From Albugo candida (lineage: Eukaryota): a DNA stretch of 64,000 bases. Position 1 is the first letter of the stretch, and every line of letters starts with the position of its first letter. Under the pieces are notes generated by a model, which did no database searches, was not told the origin of the DNA, and saw only the letters and a list, made by a program, of their open reading frames with translations. Made by a program: the position numbers and the translations under genes. The stretch lies in the NCBI GenBank assembly GCA_040437565.1, contig JBDOQK010000001.1, positions 806,001 to 870,000 on the forward strand. The letters run 5' to 3'. Shown in pieces: positions 11,899-23,968 of the stretch.

Positions 11899-13047
11899 TT
11901 ATTTAGAGGTGGTGGTATTTTCGGATAAGTGATCGACGTTCCTTGCAAAAACGTGAAGTTTTCCAAGCACTTTTTTCTCGAAAGCAAGGTGCTCTTCCAA
12001 GGAAACTGGATTTAGAGGGAGAATTTGTATGTCTCCAGGATTTTTTTCGAACGCATTTTGATCGGTATACGGATCATTGTCGGGCTGTGAGGGATCTTCG
12101 TCAGTCACTAGATGTCCTTGTAAGGACACGGACCGCCAGCAATCCCGATGTCCTTCTATTCGCACTGCTTTTGACTACAAAGTGGTTTTGAATTATTGAT
12201 TGAGATTACACGGATGATCAAACGTGCGTACAGCTGCAGATGCTTCACGGAACAATACTTTTGCAGATGAAGATCGAACTCGAATCGATTCAATCTCCCC
12301 ATAATCTCGTAAAATAAGACTAAGAGTTTCATCCGAATGTGAATACGCTCTTTTTTCCCATTTAATTGTGATTGTTCGATTCGCTTTGCTGATGCTCGTT
12401 TCTACGACACAGCGATCAAAAACAACCTAAAAAACGGAATTGGATGGTGACAAACCTGCGATCGCATCGCGAAGTATCTTCTCTGTGGAATACGCCTCTT
12501 GCTGCTCTTTCTTCTTTCGTTCCAACTCCATTTGTCGCGATATTCCTCTTTCTCGTAAAGCATTGATTTCATTCTTTTTCCGCACAGATTTATGAGTTAC
12601 CTCGAAGGCTCTTTCTTTGCGTAAAAGTTCTACTCAATCAAAAATAGCCGAATGTGAAGTGTAGCAATTCCAATAGACTGTCTTACCTTCGCGCATGGTG
12701 CGGCGTTTGTCATCCATTTCACGCTCTCGTTCTCGTTGTTTGCGACGAGCATTTACTTCTTTCATTGCATTTTCGTCATAACTCTTTTTCTTCTTCGGAT
12801 CCATGAGAGTATCACGTGCATTTTTGAGTTCCAAAAACTTTTTGACTGTATTGATCAAAGTGGAATGAGCAAATCTTGCTTGATTTGAGCGATAGTATCT
12901 GAAGAGAAAGATCTTACCATCACCACCACGGTCTGGATGATGTAGTAAACTCTTTTTCTTATAAGCTCGTGAAATCTGCAGCTCACTGGAGCCAACTTCC
13001 AGCCCTAAAATGCCATACAAGTCGCTTTTTGGTTGCAACATCGACAT
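11899..13047 (-). CDS. DNAJC17: DnaJ-domain protein, DNAJC17/Cwf23-like, multi-exon
   Basis: J domain with HPD (LLHHPDRGG), a basic coiled coil and an RRM-like exon (RTITIKWEK...LRDYGEIESI). The last exon (SKAVRIEG...LAFEKKVLGKL) ends at 11899. Confidence 0.8.
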
Positions 13048-13119
13048 CGACAGTACTTAATGTGTCCCACTTCATGCAATCCGAGCGAAGACACACTATC
13101 TAAGGTCTTTGCATTCAAA

Positions 13120-13844
13120 ATGGAAGAGAATCAAACAAGCTTATCTGAGCTAAAAGAAGGTAAATACAAGACAAATTATGACGTTTTACTACAATAACAG
13201 TCTTCCTTTGCAAGTATTGAAAGAGACTTTAGAAACTCGTGGCTGTTTGGGTCAAATAAAAGCTCGTATCCGTGCAGAGATATTCTCAGCATTAGATGAC
13301 CAGGTCGGTACGATGTGATATAAAATTTAGATACTACGCCTTTCACATGTAATGTACTAGTCGATACCAAAACCAGAGTTATCAAACGAAAATCTCATTT
13401 TGAATGAGCTTATTCGTGAGTATCTTGAGTACAACGGATATCGTCACGCGCTCTCGGTTTTCTTGCCAGGTATAAAGTGTTGCTCAGACAAATGTCTTTG
13501 ACATCCTTGACTTGGCATGATGCGATGGATAGAGTCTGGTCAACCAACCGAAAAAGCTTTTCCACGGTCATTTCTTTCCAGTGAACTTGGCGGTATTTCA
13601 TTCATTCTAAGATTTTTCTGAGTGAAGCCTTAACTTCGTCAAGTGAGAGAGGATGCTCGATTCACTCAAATCCCATTACTTTACAACATACTGTTCATTT
13701 TACAACAAAGACGTGGTACAAAGATCGAGCATCTCATTTATGCTTTTTTTTCATTCGTGAATTTGATTAGAAAATAATGCAAAAGGAGCTCAAGAGGATA
13801 GAGAATTGGATACGCAAGGTCCCGTACAAGAAATCGAGGGATGA
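13120..13844 (+). CDS. CEP20: FOPNL/FOR20/CEP20 LisH-domain centrosomal protein (missed by ORF track)
   Basis: Spliced translation: MEENQTSLSELKE / LKETLETRGCLGQIKARIRAEIFSALDDQ / SIPKPELSNENLILNELIREYLEYNGYRHALSVFLP / ESGQP...FLSSELG / ...IPLLYNIL. The last exon is uncertain. Confidence 0.88.
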
Positions 13845-13921
13845 ACGATGCGGAGCACTGAGCTAAAAACTGTGCTCGTACTTTTTCATTCCAAAGCAGG
13901 TGTCCACGGTTGGCCTTTTAG

Positions 13922-15734
13922 ATGAGACGACTTCGCTGTTTGTATATGTTGTTGTCCTTCATCAGTTTGGTCATTAGGCGCTCTGTGGAAACTCTTGTTA
14001 CATATACTTTAAGTGTGTCACCAATGCTTCTATCGGGGTAGTGCATGTTTTAGCAAATACACATATCACTGAAATTCACTGCTGGAGGACAAAAGAATTC
14101 AGATACCGAGTAGCCTTTTTAGGTGGTACGGGGGCTGGCCCACGTGAGTCAAATGCTGATCCTCCAACTCGGCACATTTACTGTTGTGAAGACCAAAAAT
14201 AAAAAAGCATGTATAAGGAAATGACAAGAGCTTGTATCGATACGCGACGACCCACGATGAGATGGTACTGGGATTTATTTTGGCTGACAAACTTGCCAAC
14301 AACGTTTATCGATGGTCATCTCGTATTCAATTGTCGGATCTGAAATTTGCGGATGATCGAAAGCTTCAGAATTTGGATGTTTCAATCACAATTGTGAAGA
14401 TACACACTTCCTGAACACACATACTCAATGAGTGTAATACACGTAAGCACATTTTCCGTGCGAAATCTTTGGTAATCACATACGCTCCTTCGCGAATCGG
14501 GTCGGTGCCAAACAGTATCCGGCACTTCGACTTGGCAGTCATCGTGCAACATCTTCTGATGGCGAAAATGCATTATACGAACACACGTTAGATATGACCG
14601 CGGAGACGACTTAGACAAACATAGCAATGGTCCGTCAATTGAAAGATTTTTCGATCTTACCGAAAGCTTTTACTACGAAGAGTCTACAGCCATATCCGAT
14701 GCATTAAGCTCTTCGTCATTGTAGTGGATGCTTCCTTCGTAGGCCATTGTCTCAATCTCTAGAAAAGTGTTGGAAACTTCGAAATCAATCGCTAAAGTGA
14801 NNNNNNNNNNNNNNNNNNNNNNNNNNNNNNNNNNNNNNNNNNNNNNNNNNNNNNNNNNNNNNNNNNNNNNNNNNNNNNNNNNNNNNNNNNNNNNNNNNNN
14901 ATCTTACCGAAAGCTTTTACTACGAAGAGTCTACAGCCATATCCGATGCATTAAGCTCTTCGTCATTGTAGTGGATGCTTCCTTCGTAGGCCATTGTCTC
15001 AATCTCTAGAAAAGTGTTGGAAACTTCGAAATCAATCGCTAAAGTGAATGACCTTCAAAATGGCCGCTGCTCCTCCGACAAGTCCGACCAAGAAAAGCAC
15101 AAATCCTTATATCGCTCGCTATATTGGATATGCTAGATAGCAAAACGGCTGATAGCAAGAAGCCTTTATATGAGCGTTGGAAGAGGCGCTTTATAAGTAC
15201 TTCTCTGCAGACATCTCACGTCGTCTAATTATGTCCGGCTCAGTTTCTCGAATGCTGTAAGCATGTTCACATTGGGATACGCCTTATCCCACATCTCTTC
15301 CTATTCTGCTTGGAGGCATTATTACGTTATCTAAAGCGAAAGCTTCATCTTACCATGCTCCTGCACAGCACTTTTAGTTTTGCCAAGCACGTAAACGTCA
15401 ATTTCATGGACCTACTCGCCTTAATAGACCATGGATGTAGTAGAATTGGTCTTATATTCACGTTCCTTGACTACCATCCTGGTACATTCAACGAACCATG
15501 ATGCAAAGTCGCAATTGGAGAACAAGCATACGAGTCCGACTGTGCAACGTCATGTGCTACCTACTCTACTCTACAACAGCAACAGATGGATTCGTTCGAA
15601 CCGGACAAGTTAGACTTGTACAATCGATGTACCGCGTCGAAGCTGTTGCCATTTTCTTCGCACATGCTCTTTCCAGTAGACAAGAACGAAGACAGAAACT
15701 TCTTGACATAATAAGCCACTCCATCACTGACTGA
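13922..15734 (+). pseudogene. Decayed secreted-protein gene, CHXC/CCG effector-like
   Basis: Hydrophobic leader MRRLRCLYMLLSFISLVI from 13922. CHQC codons lie at 14016-14027 in a different frame and IGVVHVL in the third frame. Broken Cys-containing ORF fragments continue to about 15734. Confidence 0.4.
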
Positions 15735-15828
15735 GAGAACCAAATTCTCATGTTGTGCAGCATCGAAGCAGAATTTTTCTATTTGGTACCATTAATGAAT
15801 TTGTCACAAGCAGCATCTCATAATTCAT

Positions 15829-16641
15829 CTATGTCTTTCTACGTGTCATATGATCGAATATGACAACCTGAAGATAATCCTTGGTTGGTATCTCTGTGCG
15901 ACTAGAATGGTCTCCAGGATTCGCCTAAGAAATGCACCATTACCGTACACGTAAGCATAGGCTGCAGATACCTTTGGGTCAACGTTGAGAACCTTCCGAT
16001 CACGCTTGTTCTTGAAAAGTAAACCTGTCTCACTATCCGCAATCACCTGAAAATTTGCCGATGAGTTTGAAGAAGATTTTTGCGTATCCCAATTGTAGAA
16101 ACTCAAATCATTCGAAGTTGGTAAAAGCTTTTTCTTTTGCTCAAAATATGGTTCAAAAGGTTCGGATTTCAGTCTCGCTGCATAATCAATATACCCGCTT
16201 ATCTCCTGTCCTCGTGCATTACGATCCCGAATGAATAAAACACACTAAGATCAGCAATAGCGTCACGATCTACTTACCACTATGACCGCTTCTTACCGAT
16301 AATTTCCCGCTACGAACAAGTTCTTCACGAGAAGCCAAAGCTTCAAGAACCGGTAACTGAGCAAATGATTTTCCAGCACTGGCCAGTGGCCTTGAAGCAC
16401 TAATTTTCTCGGCATAGCGATCACGTTCCGATATTTTCTGAGCCTCAAATTCTTCCCGATGGAGTGTATCGCCCATTCCCCGATATCCCAACTCGACCAA
16501 TTGACGGGCTAGTTCCTCATCCTCAAGATAAAATAAGTCTGCTTCGGTCAGTTGGGCGTCTAAGTAATCTTCATAAGTAGAAAATTGATCAAGTGAGTCC
16601 TGTTTTGGAGAGCTTATTTTTTTTGCGTCCGACTCACTCAT
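15829..16641 (-). CDS. CFAP299: Cilia- and flagella-associated protein 299 (DUF4464)
   Basis: [44 protein letters not shown] and [17 protein letters not shown]. Two introns; the C-terminus [12 protein letters not shown] ends at 15829. Confidence 0.9.
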
Positions 16642-16692
16642 ACCAATGCGAGTAATAAGTTTATAAATAGTATTTACAACTTATGCTTTTTC

Positions 16693-17463
16693 CTATCTAT
16701 CACTTCGGTGTACTTTGGGCTCTTCTCTGCACATTGGGCATTGAACATTTCCGGTAAACCATTCGAGCAAACAATCCTCATGGAAGACATGGGAACATGG
16801 TAGTTTGACGACAGCCATGTCTTGACAATCTTGGTCAGTCCAATCGTCCAAGCAAATGCTGCAGCATTCGACACAGTATTCTTCCGTCTCTGTGCAGCTG
16901 CTCTCCGAGTTGATAACAACATCCTCTAATGAGAGAATCGCTAGCTTCAACTTAGTATCACTCTGGATTTGCATGCTTGGATACTCTAAAAAGTCCCGTA
17001 AAATCTGATATAATTCCATTATATAATCCGAGCTGTTTTCCACGTAAGCGTCAGGAGGTATTTGTATACATGAGATCACTCGAACCAGCATTTTTACGAA
17101 CGTCTCAAGTGCTTCCTTCCGTTCGACGATGATGGGTATGGTGTCCGGTCGAAGATGACGACGAGGAAAAGGTCGATGGAGCGCTTCTTGTAGCAGTGTA
17201 AAAGCCAGTTGAGAAGAAATTTTTGAATTAACATGAGCATGACAGTCTTTCCAATACCGCTTAAGCAATCGACGAACGCGATGAAATTCCGAATAGCGCT
17301 TGCTTACATTCCACTTGTTCCGGGTCGATCGAAATGATATCTCCATGTGGTACCGTGTTGCCGGTACATACGTGCTAGCAAGGCTCACTTCTGTCTGTAT
17401 GTTGAGTGTTTCTTTTGCTGTTTCGTGAACGCGATGAAGACGTTTGGAGTGATGATCTGTCAT
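16693..17463 (-). CDS. PX-domain RING-H2 E3 ubiquitin ligase
   Basis: PX signature ([11 protein letters not shown]...FPRRH...[11 protein letters not shown]) plus a C-terminal RING-H2 (CSIC...[13 protein letters not shown]....QCPMCR). Confidence 0.88.
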   Translation of the reverse strand: MTDHHSKRLHRVHETAKETLNIQTEVSLASTYVPATRYHMEISFRSTRNKWNVSKRYSEFHRVRRLLKRYWKDCHAHVNSKISSQLAFTLLQEALHRPFPRRHLRPDTIPIIVERKEALETFVKMLVRVISCIQIPPDAYVENSSDYIMELYQILRDFLEYPSMQIQSDTKLKLAILSLEDVVINSESSCTETEEYCVECCSICLDDWTDQDCQDMAVVKLPCSHVFHEDCLLEWFTGNVQCPMCREEPKVHRSDR

Positions 17464-17734
17464 TGAATGCAGTGACGAAGTACTTTAGAAGTGATTGTAA
17501 CGCAGACAATGAGCAAATACATAAAGATTCATGCAGTTCAGTATATTGCATTAGCTATTTATATACGTTGCGTGGGATTGTCCGCACTGCGAGAGGTTCA
17601 GAGGCTCATAGGCTCAGACAGGAGGCAAACGGGTGTTTGGGCTATCTTTGAAATTGATCTTATTACGGATGTACCGTCATGATTGCATTAGGTACTTATC
17701 ACGTTAAGTTCATTTGTGCGGCTGCGAGGAATTC

Positions 17735-17906
17735 ATGACGTTGTCAAAGTAAGTTTTGCTCCCTTTAATTCATGAGAATCTCAAAGTGTTTAACAAGTGA
17801 GGAAATGGATCAAATGCTAATGACTTTTGTCAATTGGCTCGGTACAATTGTAATGATCTCAATCGTCGGCTTCCATTTCATGACGGCAAAGGAAACTGAT
17901 AAATAA
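17735..17906 (+). CDS. OST4: Oligosaccharyltransferase subunit OST4 (40 aa, two exons)
   Basis: ATG 17735 and a GTAAGT...AAG intron at 17749-17797 give MTLSNEEMDQMLMTFVNWLGTIVMISIVGFHFMTAKETDK*. This matches the OST4 pattern (F-x-N-x-L-G, single TM, Y/F-H-Y/F). An in-frame ATG at 17805 is an alternative start. Confidence 0.8.
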
Positions 17907-18160
17907 CGCAAAATTCAAAATAATTGGATGTTCAAGAGCGCTATAGATGGCACATGAATTATGACTATAATGATACCAAAGTAGTCTCTACGTGCATAAA
18001 GCATAACATCTCAACATTCGTGTATTTTGTTGCCAAATTTCAATCGTTCTCTACCTACACAGCTTAGAATTCTCATACGCGTTTCGTAAACATCACATCA
18101 GAGCCTTATTGAGTATCCTGAAAATCCTCTCATCTGTGTGTCTGGCTCGATTCAAGCCAG

Positions 18161-19202
18161 ATGATTAGGATATGCGAGATACGGTACAGTCACACCTCTA
18201 CCGCCATGAGCAATACCTCTTCCGTGAACCCCAAAATGTCCAATGTGACCGAAAAAGATTGTATTATCGACCCTGCGGCCAAGCTGAGTGGTCTTCAGAA
18301 TGCTGTTGTCGGGTCTTTGGCGGGAATGACCGAGGTTTTGATTCAGCAGCCAACGATAGCCATAAAAAATGCCATTCAGGTGCGTGTACAGCAATGCATA
18401 AAGCCACCGGATATGACAATCTCTACATTGACAGCAAGGGATGCCGATCAAATGGGCACCTTCGACCTTATATCGTGGAGTTGGAGTCACAATGGCTTCT
18501 GTTGCCCCCTGTACAGCCATACAATTCGGTGTTAATGGTAAGTTGCTTTCCGCGTTCTCACAAAGCGGAAAGCATCTCGACCCAATTCAACGAAAAAAGC
18601 GAGAAGATATTGTTAAAGTTGGATGTGCTACCATAGCTGGCTTCACTTCCGCGTTCATGACCGCACCTGGCGAATTGGTGATGACACTACAGCAAAATAC
18701 CGGCAAAAGCTTTCGCCGAACGATTGCGGAAGTACTTCGCTCTCATGGGATTGTTCGTATGTATCGTGGGCTTGACGTCACCGCTGCACGCGAGAGTTTT
18801 TGGTGTGCGAGCTATTTAGCTCTGGGTCCAGCAATTGCAAGTAAGTTGCATGACACAGTACCTTCTTTTTTCGGTACAACAGAAAGTGCTTCTATTGGGC
18901 AACAAATGTCTGCATCAGCAACAGCGAGCATACTGGCAGGAATTCTCACTGTATACGCGACTCAGCCATTCGATACTGTCAAAACTGTCATGCAAGGTGA
19001 GGCTATTCTGCCAAATCGATCGCTACCCAACTCTATTGCCACTGCTCAGCGTTTATGGAAAAGCGGAGGAATAAAATCCTTTTATCGGGGAACTGTCCCT
19101 CGAGGTGTCCGTCTTGTCGGAGCAGTCATTATTCTTGGTCAAACGAAACGCATACTAGAGAAAGTCTTCCTCGACCAGGACATTCTTGCCAGCATTTCGT
19201 GA
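18161..19202 (+). CDS. Mitochondrial carrier family (SLC25) protein
   Basis: Three carrier repeats with P-x-[DE]-x-x-[KR]-like motifs (QPTIAIKNAIQ, APGELVMTLQQ, QPFDTVKTVMQ) and LYRG/MYRG/FYRG. Intron at about 18380-18438. The start may be 18206 or 18236. Confidence 0.9.
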
Positions 19203-19675
19203 CTTGACACATAAATTGCACATAAATTTTGAGGNNNNNNNNNNNNNNNNNNNNNNNNNNNNNNNNNNNNNNNNNNNNNNNNNNNNNNNNNNNNNNNNNN
19301 NNNNNNNNNNNNNNNNNNNNNNNNNNNNNNNNNNAGGCTTGTAATACATTATCATAATTTGCGTCAATGAGCTGAAAGATTTGATAATCGCTGTGCGCAG
19401 CCTGTAGCCCATTTTCAAGATGCTTGAGTAGGATTGTAGCAGTAGGTGAAGTATGTGACGAAAACGGCGATAGGTGAATGCTTTTTCTCTTTTGTTTGTT
19501 GTTGGAAGCCAAAAGACTGAACGTCAGTATCTACAGGCGATAAAGTCTGTTCTACCAAACTATTCCATGGAACGAAACGTGCGCGAAAATCTTAGCTTTA
19601 TATTGAAAGGTTATCCGAGCAAAATGTCTTCAGACTGTTTCTACGCTTCATAAGGCTGCACATGCCGTTATACCG

Positions 19676-19892
19676 CTAATGATACTACAAAAACGAGTAA
19701 GAAAATAAGATTTTGGTTGCGCAGACTTCGCTCTACCTTTACAAAGCCTATCTGCTCTGCTCGTTCGCGGAAGCAGCGACGGCACATCAACAAATTATAC
19801 TTGCTGATCAAACCACGAGTTGTGTGGCAGACACGACAGTGTCGAGAATCCTTTCCATAGCTGCACTTGTTGGTGTACTGAAGTTTCGTCAT
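19676..19892 (-). CDS. RPS29: 40S ribosomal protein S29 (uS14)
   Basis: [11 protein letters not shown]...[26 protein letters not shown]. An intron at 19685-19736 is followed by a 9-nt final exon YH*. Confidence 0.95.
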
Positions 19893-20022
19893 GCTGAAGA
19901 CACTACATTTTGCTCAAATAAGTCTCAAACCTTTGATCAAACACATCCGATCTCACCGTTTCCAATCGAAAGATTTATACTCAATTTCTGACGTCGCAGA
20001 TACGAAATTACAGAAATAGTCA

Positions 20023-20038
20023 ATTGGCTACAGCCAAT
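20023..20038. promoter_or_regulatory. Paired inverted CCAAT boxes upstream of RPS29
   Basis: ATTGGCT-AC-AGCCAAT is a perfect inverted repeat about 130 nt upstream of the RPS29 ATG. Function is inferred. Confidence 0.4.
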
Positions 20039-20128
20039 CAATTAAACCGGTATGGTCTCATGTATAGCGTGTAGAGCATGAAAAAGTTATCCGGATGCAT
20101 TATACGAATAATTTCCGCTCGCTACTCT

Positions 20129-21150
20129 TCAAGTTTGTCGTTCAAAGTATTCATTGATCTTCTGAATTGGGACCGTTGACGCATCCTGGCAGTCCTCTGT
20201 GACACAGCTATTGATCGCTCCTTCAATTTCGCTCGTACTGAAGAGAATTGGCTCCTGTAGCATTGTTTTCTTCAATACTTTTAGTTTGACGTGCCCATCT
20301 ACCTCATAAGTATTTGCAAAATCTTTGATGAAATTTGACTGCAGCTGTCCTCGATGCAACCCACTAGGGTCCTTATCGGTAAATGAATGCAACTTGAAGA
20401 CAGAGCCATATCGTTTAATATAAGACTTGAAATCGACATCAAGCTCTTTGAGTTGTCCATCTTTGATATTGTATACTAGTCCGTGAATGCGAGGAAAGCC
20501 ATATTTGGCTTGATGACGCTGAACCAATCCGATCTTGAATACATTGATGCATTGTTCAATCGTATTGAGCTCTACCATTCGATCTAAACGCATATCGTCA
20601 TCCTCAATCGCCTGAACTTCCTTCAGATGTATACGGCACACTATACAGCAAAGGATGTGAGTACTTGAGAATCGTCTAATAAATGGAGCCTACCGTCACG
20701 AATATTCCTGAGCCAATTATCAAGTAGACCCATATGTTTGTTTTCCATAGCTGCTCGGACACCACCACATCCATAATGGCCACATACAATGATATCTTTC
20801 ACCTTGAGATGTTCCACTGCGAATTGCACAACTGCCAAACTACTCACATCATTGGCGACCACCATATTGGCAACATTTCGATGAACAAACATCTCTCCTG
20901 GTGCCAATCCGGTAATCTCTTCTGCAGGGACACGAGAGTCCGAGCATCCAATCCACAAGTATTGTGGATGCTGTCCTTTACTTATTTTGTCAAAGTAATC
21001 GGGATCCAGTAGTTTCTTTCCTTCACGCCATTTAGCGTTGTTTTCGAATAATCTTTCTAGACTGCTACGATCTCCCCACATTGAATAGCATCTCGTGAAC
21101 GCCGTACAGCGTCGTGTAGCGCGGAATAACGACATCGAGTATGGTCGCAT
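20129..21150 (-). CDS. Beta-carbonic anhydrase, copy identical to 21620-22641 (likely assembly duplicate)
   Basis: WIGCSDSRV, FVHRNVAN and CGHYGCGG zinc-ligand motifs; intron 20641-20693. Appears identical to the copy 1491 nt downstream across an N gap. Confidence 0.85.
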
Positions 21151-21619
21151 CAAAGAGAATGAAGAGTATACGTATACTTGAAGATATCCGAATAAATGTC
21201 TGACTTTATGCTTTCGTTATGTATGAAAACGGTGCAACTCGTTCCAACAGACGAGATGACGCTTGGCGATAAAACGGTCGGTATCAGACCCTCACATTGA
21301 TAGAGACAATGACCTCTCCAAGTGTCGCGCGTTGTTAGACACGTCCACAACTGTATTCAAACTTTTATAACGGATCGAATCTCCAACGCTCTCACTCAAC
21401 GATTTTGAATCATGACGGACGCTTCTCCGTTGAAAATTGATATTACAGACCAGAAAGAAAGTATCTGGAAAGAAGCGACATCGCCACGATGCAACCTTCA
21501 TTCTGCAAACTCTCNNNNNNNNNNNNNNNNNNNNNNNNNNNNNNNNNNNNNNNNNNNNNNNNNNNNNNNNNNNNNNNNNNNNNNNNNNNNNNNNNNNNNN
21601 NNNNNNNNNNNNNNACTCT

Positions 21620-22641
21620 TCAAGTTTGTCGTTCAAAGTATTCATTGATCTTCTGAATTGGGACCGTTGACGCATCCTGGCAGTCCTCTGTGACACAGCT
21701 ATTGATCGCTCCTTCAATTTCGCTCGTACTGAAGAGAATTGGCTCCTGTAGCATTGTTTTCTTCAATACTTTTAGTTTGACGTGCCCATCTACCTCATAA
21801 GTATTTGCAAAATCTTTGATGAAATTTGACTGCAGCTGTCCTCGATGCAACCCACTAGGGTCCTTATCGGTAAATGAATGCAACTTGAAGACAGAGCCAT
21901 ATCGTTTAATATAAGACTTGAAATCGACATCAAGCTCTTTGAGTTGTCCATCTTTGATATTGTATACTAGTCCGTGAATGCGAGGAAAGCCATATTTGGC
22001 TTGATGACGCTGAACCAATCCGATCTTGAATACATTGATGCATTGTTCAATCGTATTGAGCTCTACCATTCGATCTAAACGCATATCGTCATCCTCAATC
22101 GCCTGAACTTCCTTCAGATGTATACGGCACACTATACAGCAAAGGATGTGAGTACTTGAGAATCGTCTAATAAATGGAGCCTACCGTCACGAATATTCCT
22201 GAGCCAATTATCAAGTAGACCCATATGTTTGTTTTCCATAGCTGCTCGGACACCACCACATCCATAATGGCCACATACAATGATATCTTTCACCTTGAGA
22301 TGTTCCACTGCGAATTGCACAACTGCCAAACTACTCACATCATTGGCGACCACCATATTGGCAACATTTCGATGAACAAACATCTCTCCTGGTGCCAATC
22401 CGGTAATCTCTTCTGCAGGGACACGAGAGTCCGAGCATCCAATCCACAAGTATTGTGGATGCTGTCCTTTACTTATTTTGTCAAAGTAATCGGGATCCAG
22501 TAGTTTCTTTCCTTCACGCCATTTAGCGTTGTTTTCGAATAATCTTTCTAGACTGCTACGATCTCCCCACATTGAATAGCATCTCGTGAACGCCGTACAG
22601 CGTCGTGTAGCGCGGAATAACGACATCGAGTATGGTCGCAT
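21620..22641 (-). CDS. Beta-carbonic anhydrase with mitochondrial-type presequence
   Basis: CSDSR and HYGC motifs. The N-terminus MRPYSMSLFRATRRCTAFTRCYS is Arg/Ser-rich and acid-free. One intron at 22132-22184. Confidence 0.92.
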
Positions 22642-22902
22642 CAAAGAGAATGAAGAGTATACGTATACTTGAAGATATCCGAATAAATGTCTGACTTTAT
22701 GCTTTCGTTATGTATGAAAACGGTGCAACTCGTTCCAACAGACGAGATGACGCTTGGCGATAAAACGGTCGGTATCAGACCCTCACATTGATAGAGACAA
22801 TGACCTCTCCAAGTGTCGCGCGTTGTTAGACACGTCCACAACTGTATTCAAACTTTTATAACGGATCGAATCTCCAACGCTCTCACTCAACGATTTTGAA
22901 TC

Positions 22903-23940
22903 ATGACGGACGCTTCTCCGTTGAAAATTGATATTACAGACCAGAAAGAAAGTATCTGGAAAGAAGCGACATCGCCACGATGCAACCTTCATTCTGCAAA
23001 CTCTCCTACATGCAAATGTGTGATGCCCAGCATACAAATTCTCATCGAAAACAATAATCTTTGGAAGGAGCGTAAAATGAAGGACAATCCAGAGTATTTC
23101 AAAGAAATGGCCAAGTCGCAACAACCACGATATCTATGGATTGGATGCTCTGACTCGCGCGTTCCTGCTGAAGAAATTACCGGTTTAAGTCCTGGAGAAA
23201 TGTTTGTGCATCGAAATGTATCGAATCTTGTCATCAGTAACGATATCAGCAGCTTGGCTGTCTTACAATTTGCAATTGAGAAACTCAGAGTAAAGGATAT
23301 CATCATCTGTGGACACTATGGATGCGGTGGCGTACAAGCAGCAATGGATAACAAGCAATTAGGATTGCTTGACAATTGGCTTCGCAATATCCGCGATGTT
23401 TGTAGAACGTACCACTCGGAATTATCTCAAATTCATGACGAAAAGGCACGTTTTGATCGGCTCGTTGAGCTCAATATCATCGAGCAGTGTCTGAATGTCT
23501 TTAAGATCAATATGGTACAACGCTGTCAGATTAAATATGGCTACCCCAGAATCCACGGGCTTGTGTATGACATGGAATCGGGTCAGCTCAAAGCTCTGAA
23601 TGTGGATTTTCAAGGCTATTTACGAAGTTTTTCTGGAATTTATCGTTTGCATTCTTTTCCAACGGATACGATTCCCAGCAAACGATGGCAATTACAGGCC
23701 AATTTATTGGCGGATTTGGTCAAAGGACATGAAGAAACTGAAAACACAATTAGTATTCGCTACCTTCAGCGCGCAATGAAAGCTGAATCCGACCTTTTTG
23801 ACCAGGACGAGATTTCCGCCTGCATCGACCATGCAAAGTTTCAAAGCCAATGCACACAAGAATGTGAATCAGCATTTGTTGACATCAGCACCGTTCTGTC
23901 GTTTTTCGGCCCTGCCTCAAGCGGGCGCTTTTCACTATAA
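22903..23940 (+). CDS. Beta-carbonic anhydrase paralogue, intronless, no presequence
   Basis: WIGCSDSRVPAEEITGL, FVHRNVSN and CGHYGCGG. Reads through RNIRDVCR without the intron found in the paralogue. Confidence 0.93.
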   Translation: MTDASPLKIDITDQKESIWKEATSPRCNLHSANSPTCKCVMPSIQILIENNNLWKERKMKDNPEYFKEMAKSQQPRYLWIGCSDSRVPAEEITGLSPGEMFVHRNVSNLVISNDISSLAVLQFAIEKLRVKDIIICGHYGCGGVQAAMDNKQLGLLDNWLRNIRDVCRTYHSELSQIHDEKARFDRLVELNIIEQCLNVFKINMVQRCQIKYGYPRIHGLVYDMESGQLKALNVDFQGYLRSFSGIYRLHSFPTDTIPSKRWQLQANLLADLVKGHEETENTISIRYLQRAMKAESDLFDQDEISACIDHAKFQSQCTQECESAFVDISTVLSFFGPASSGRFSL

Positions 23941-23968
23941 AGAATGGCATTTTATGAATAAATATATC

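Noticed and set aside
19335-19512. Minus-strand ORF running into the N gap
   Set aside because: Non-ATG start, no recognisable family, and truncated by the gap.
20124-23005. Apparent tandem duplication giving extra carbonic anhydrase copies
   Set aside because: The copies look identical and abut a 100-N gap, the same pattern seen at many other gaps. Treated as contig overlap.
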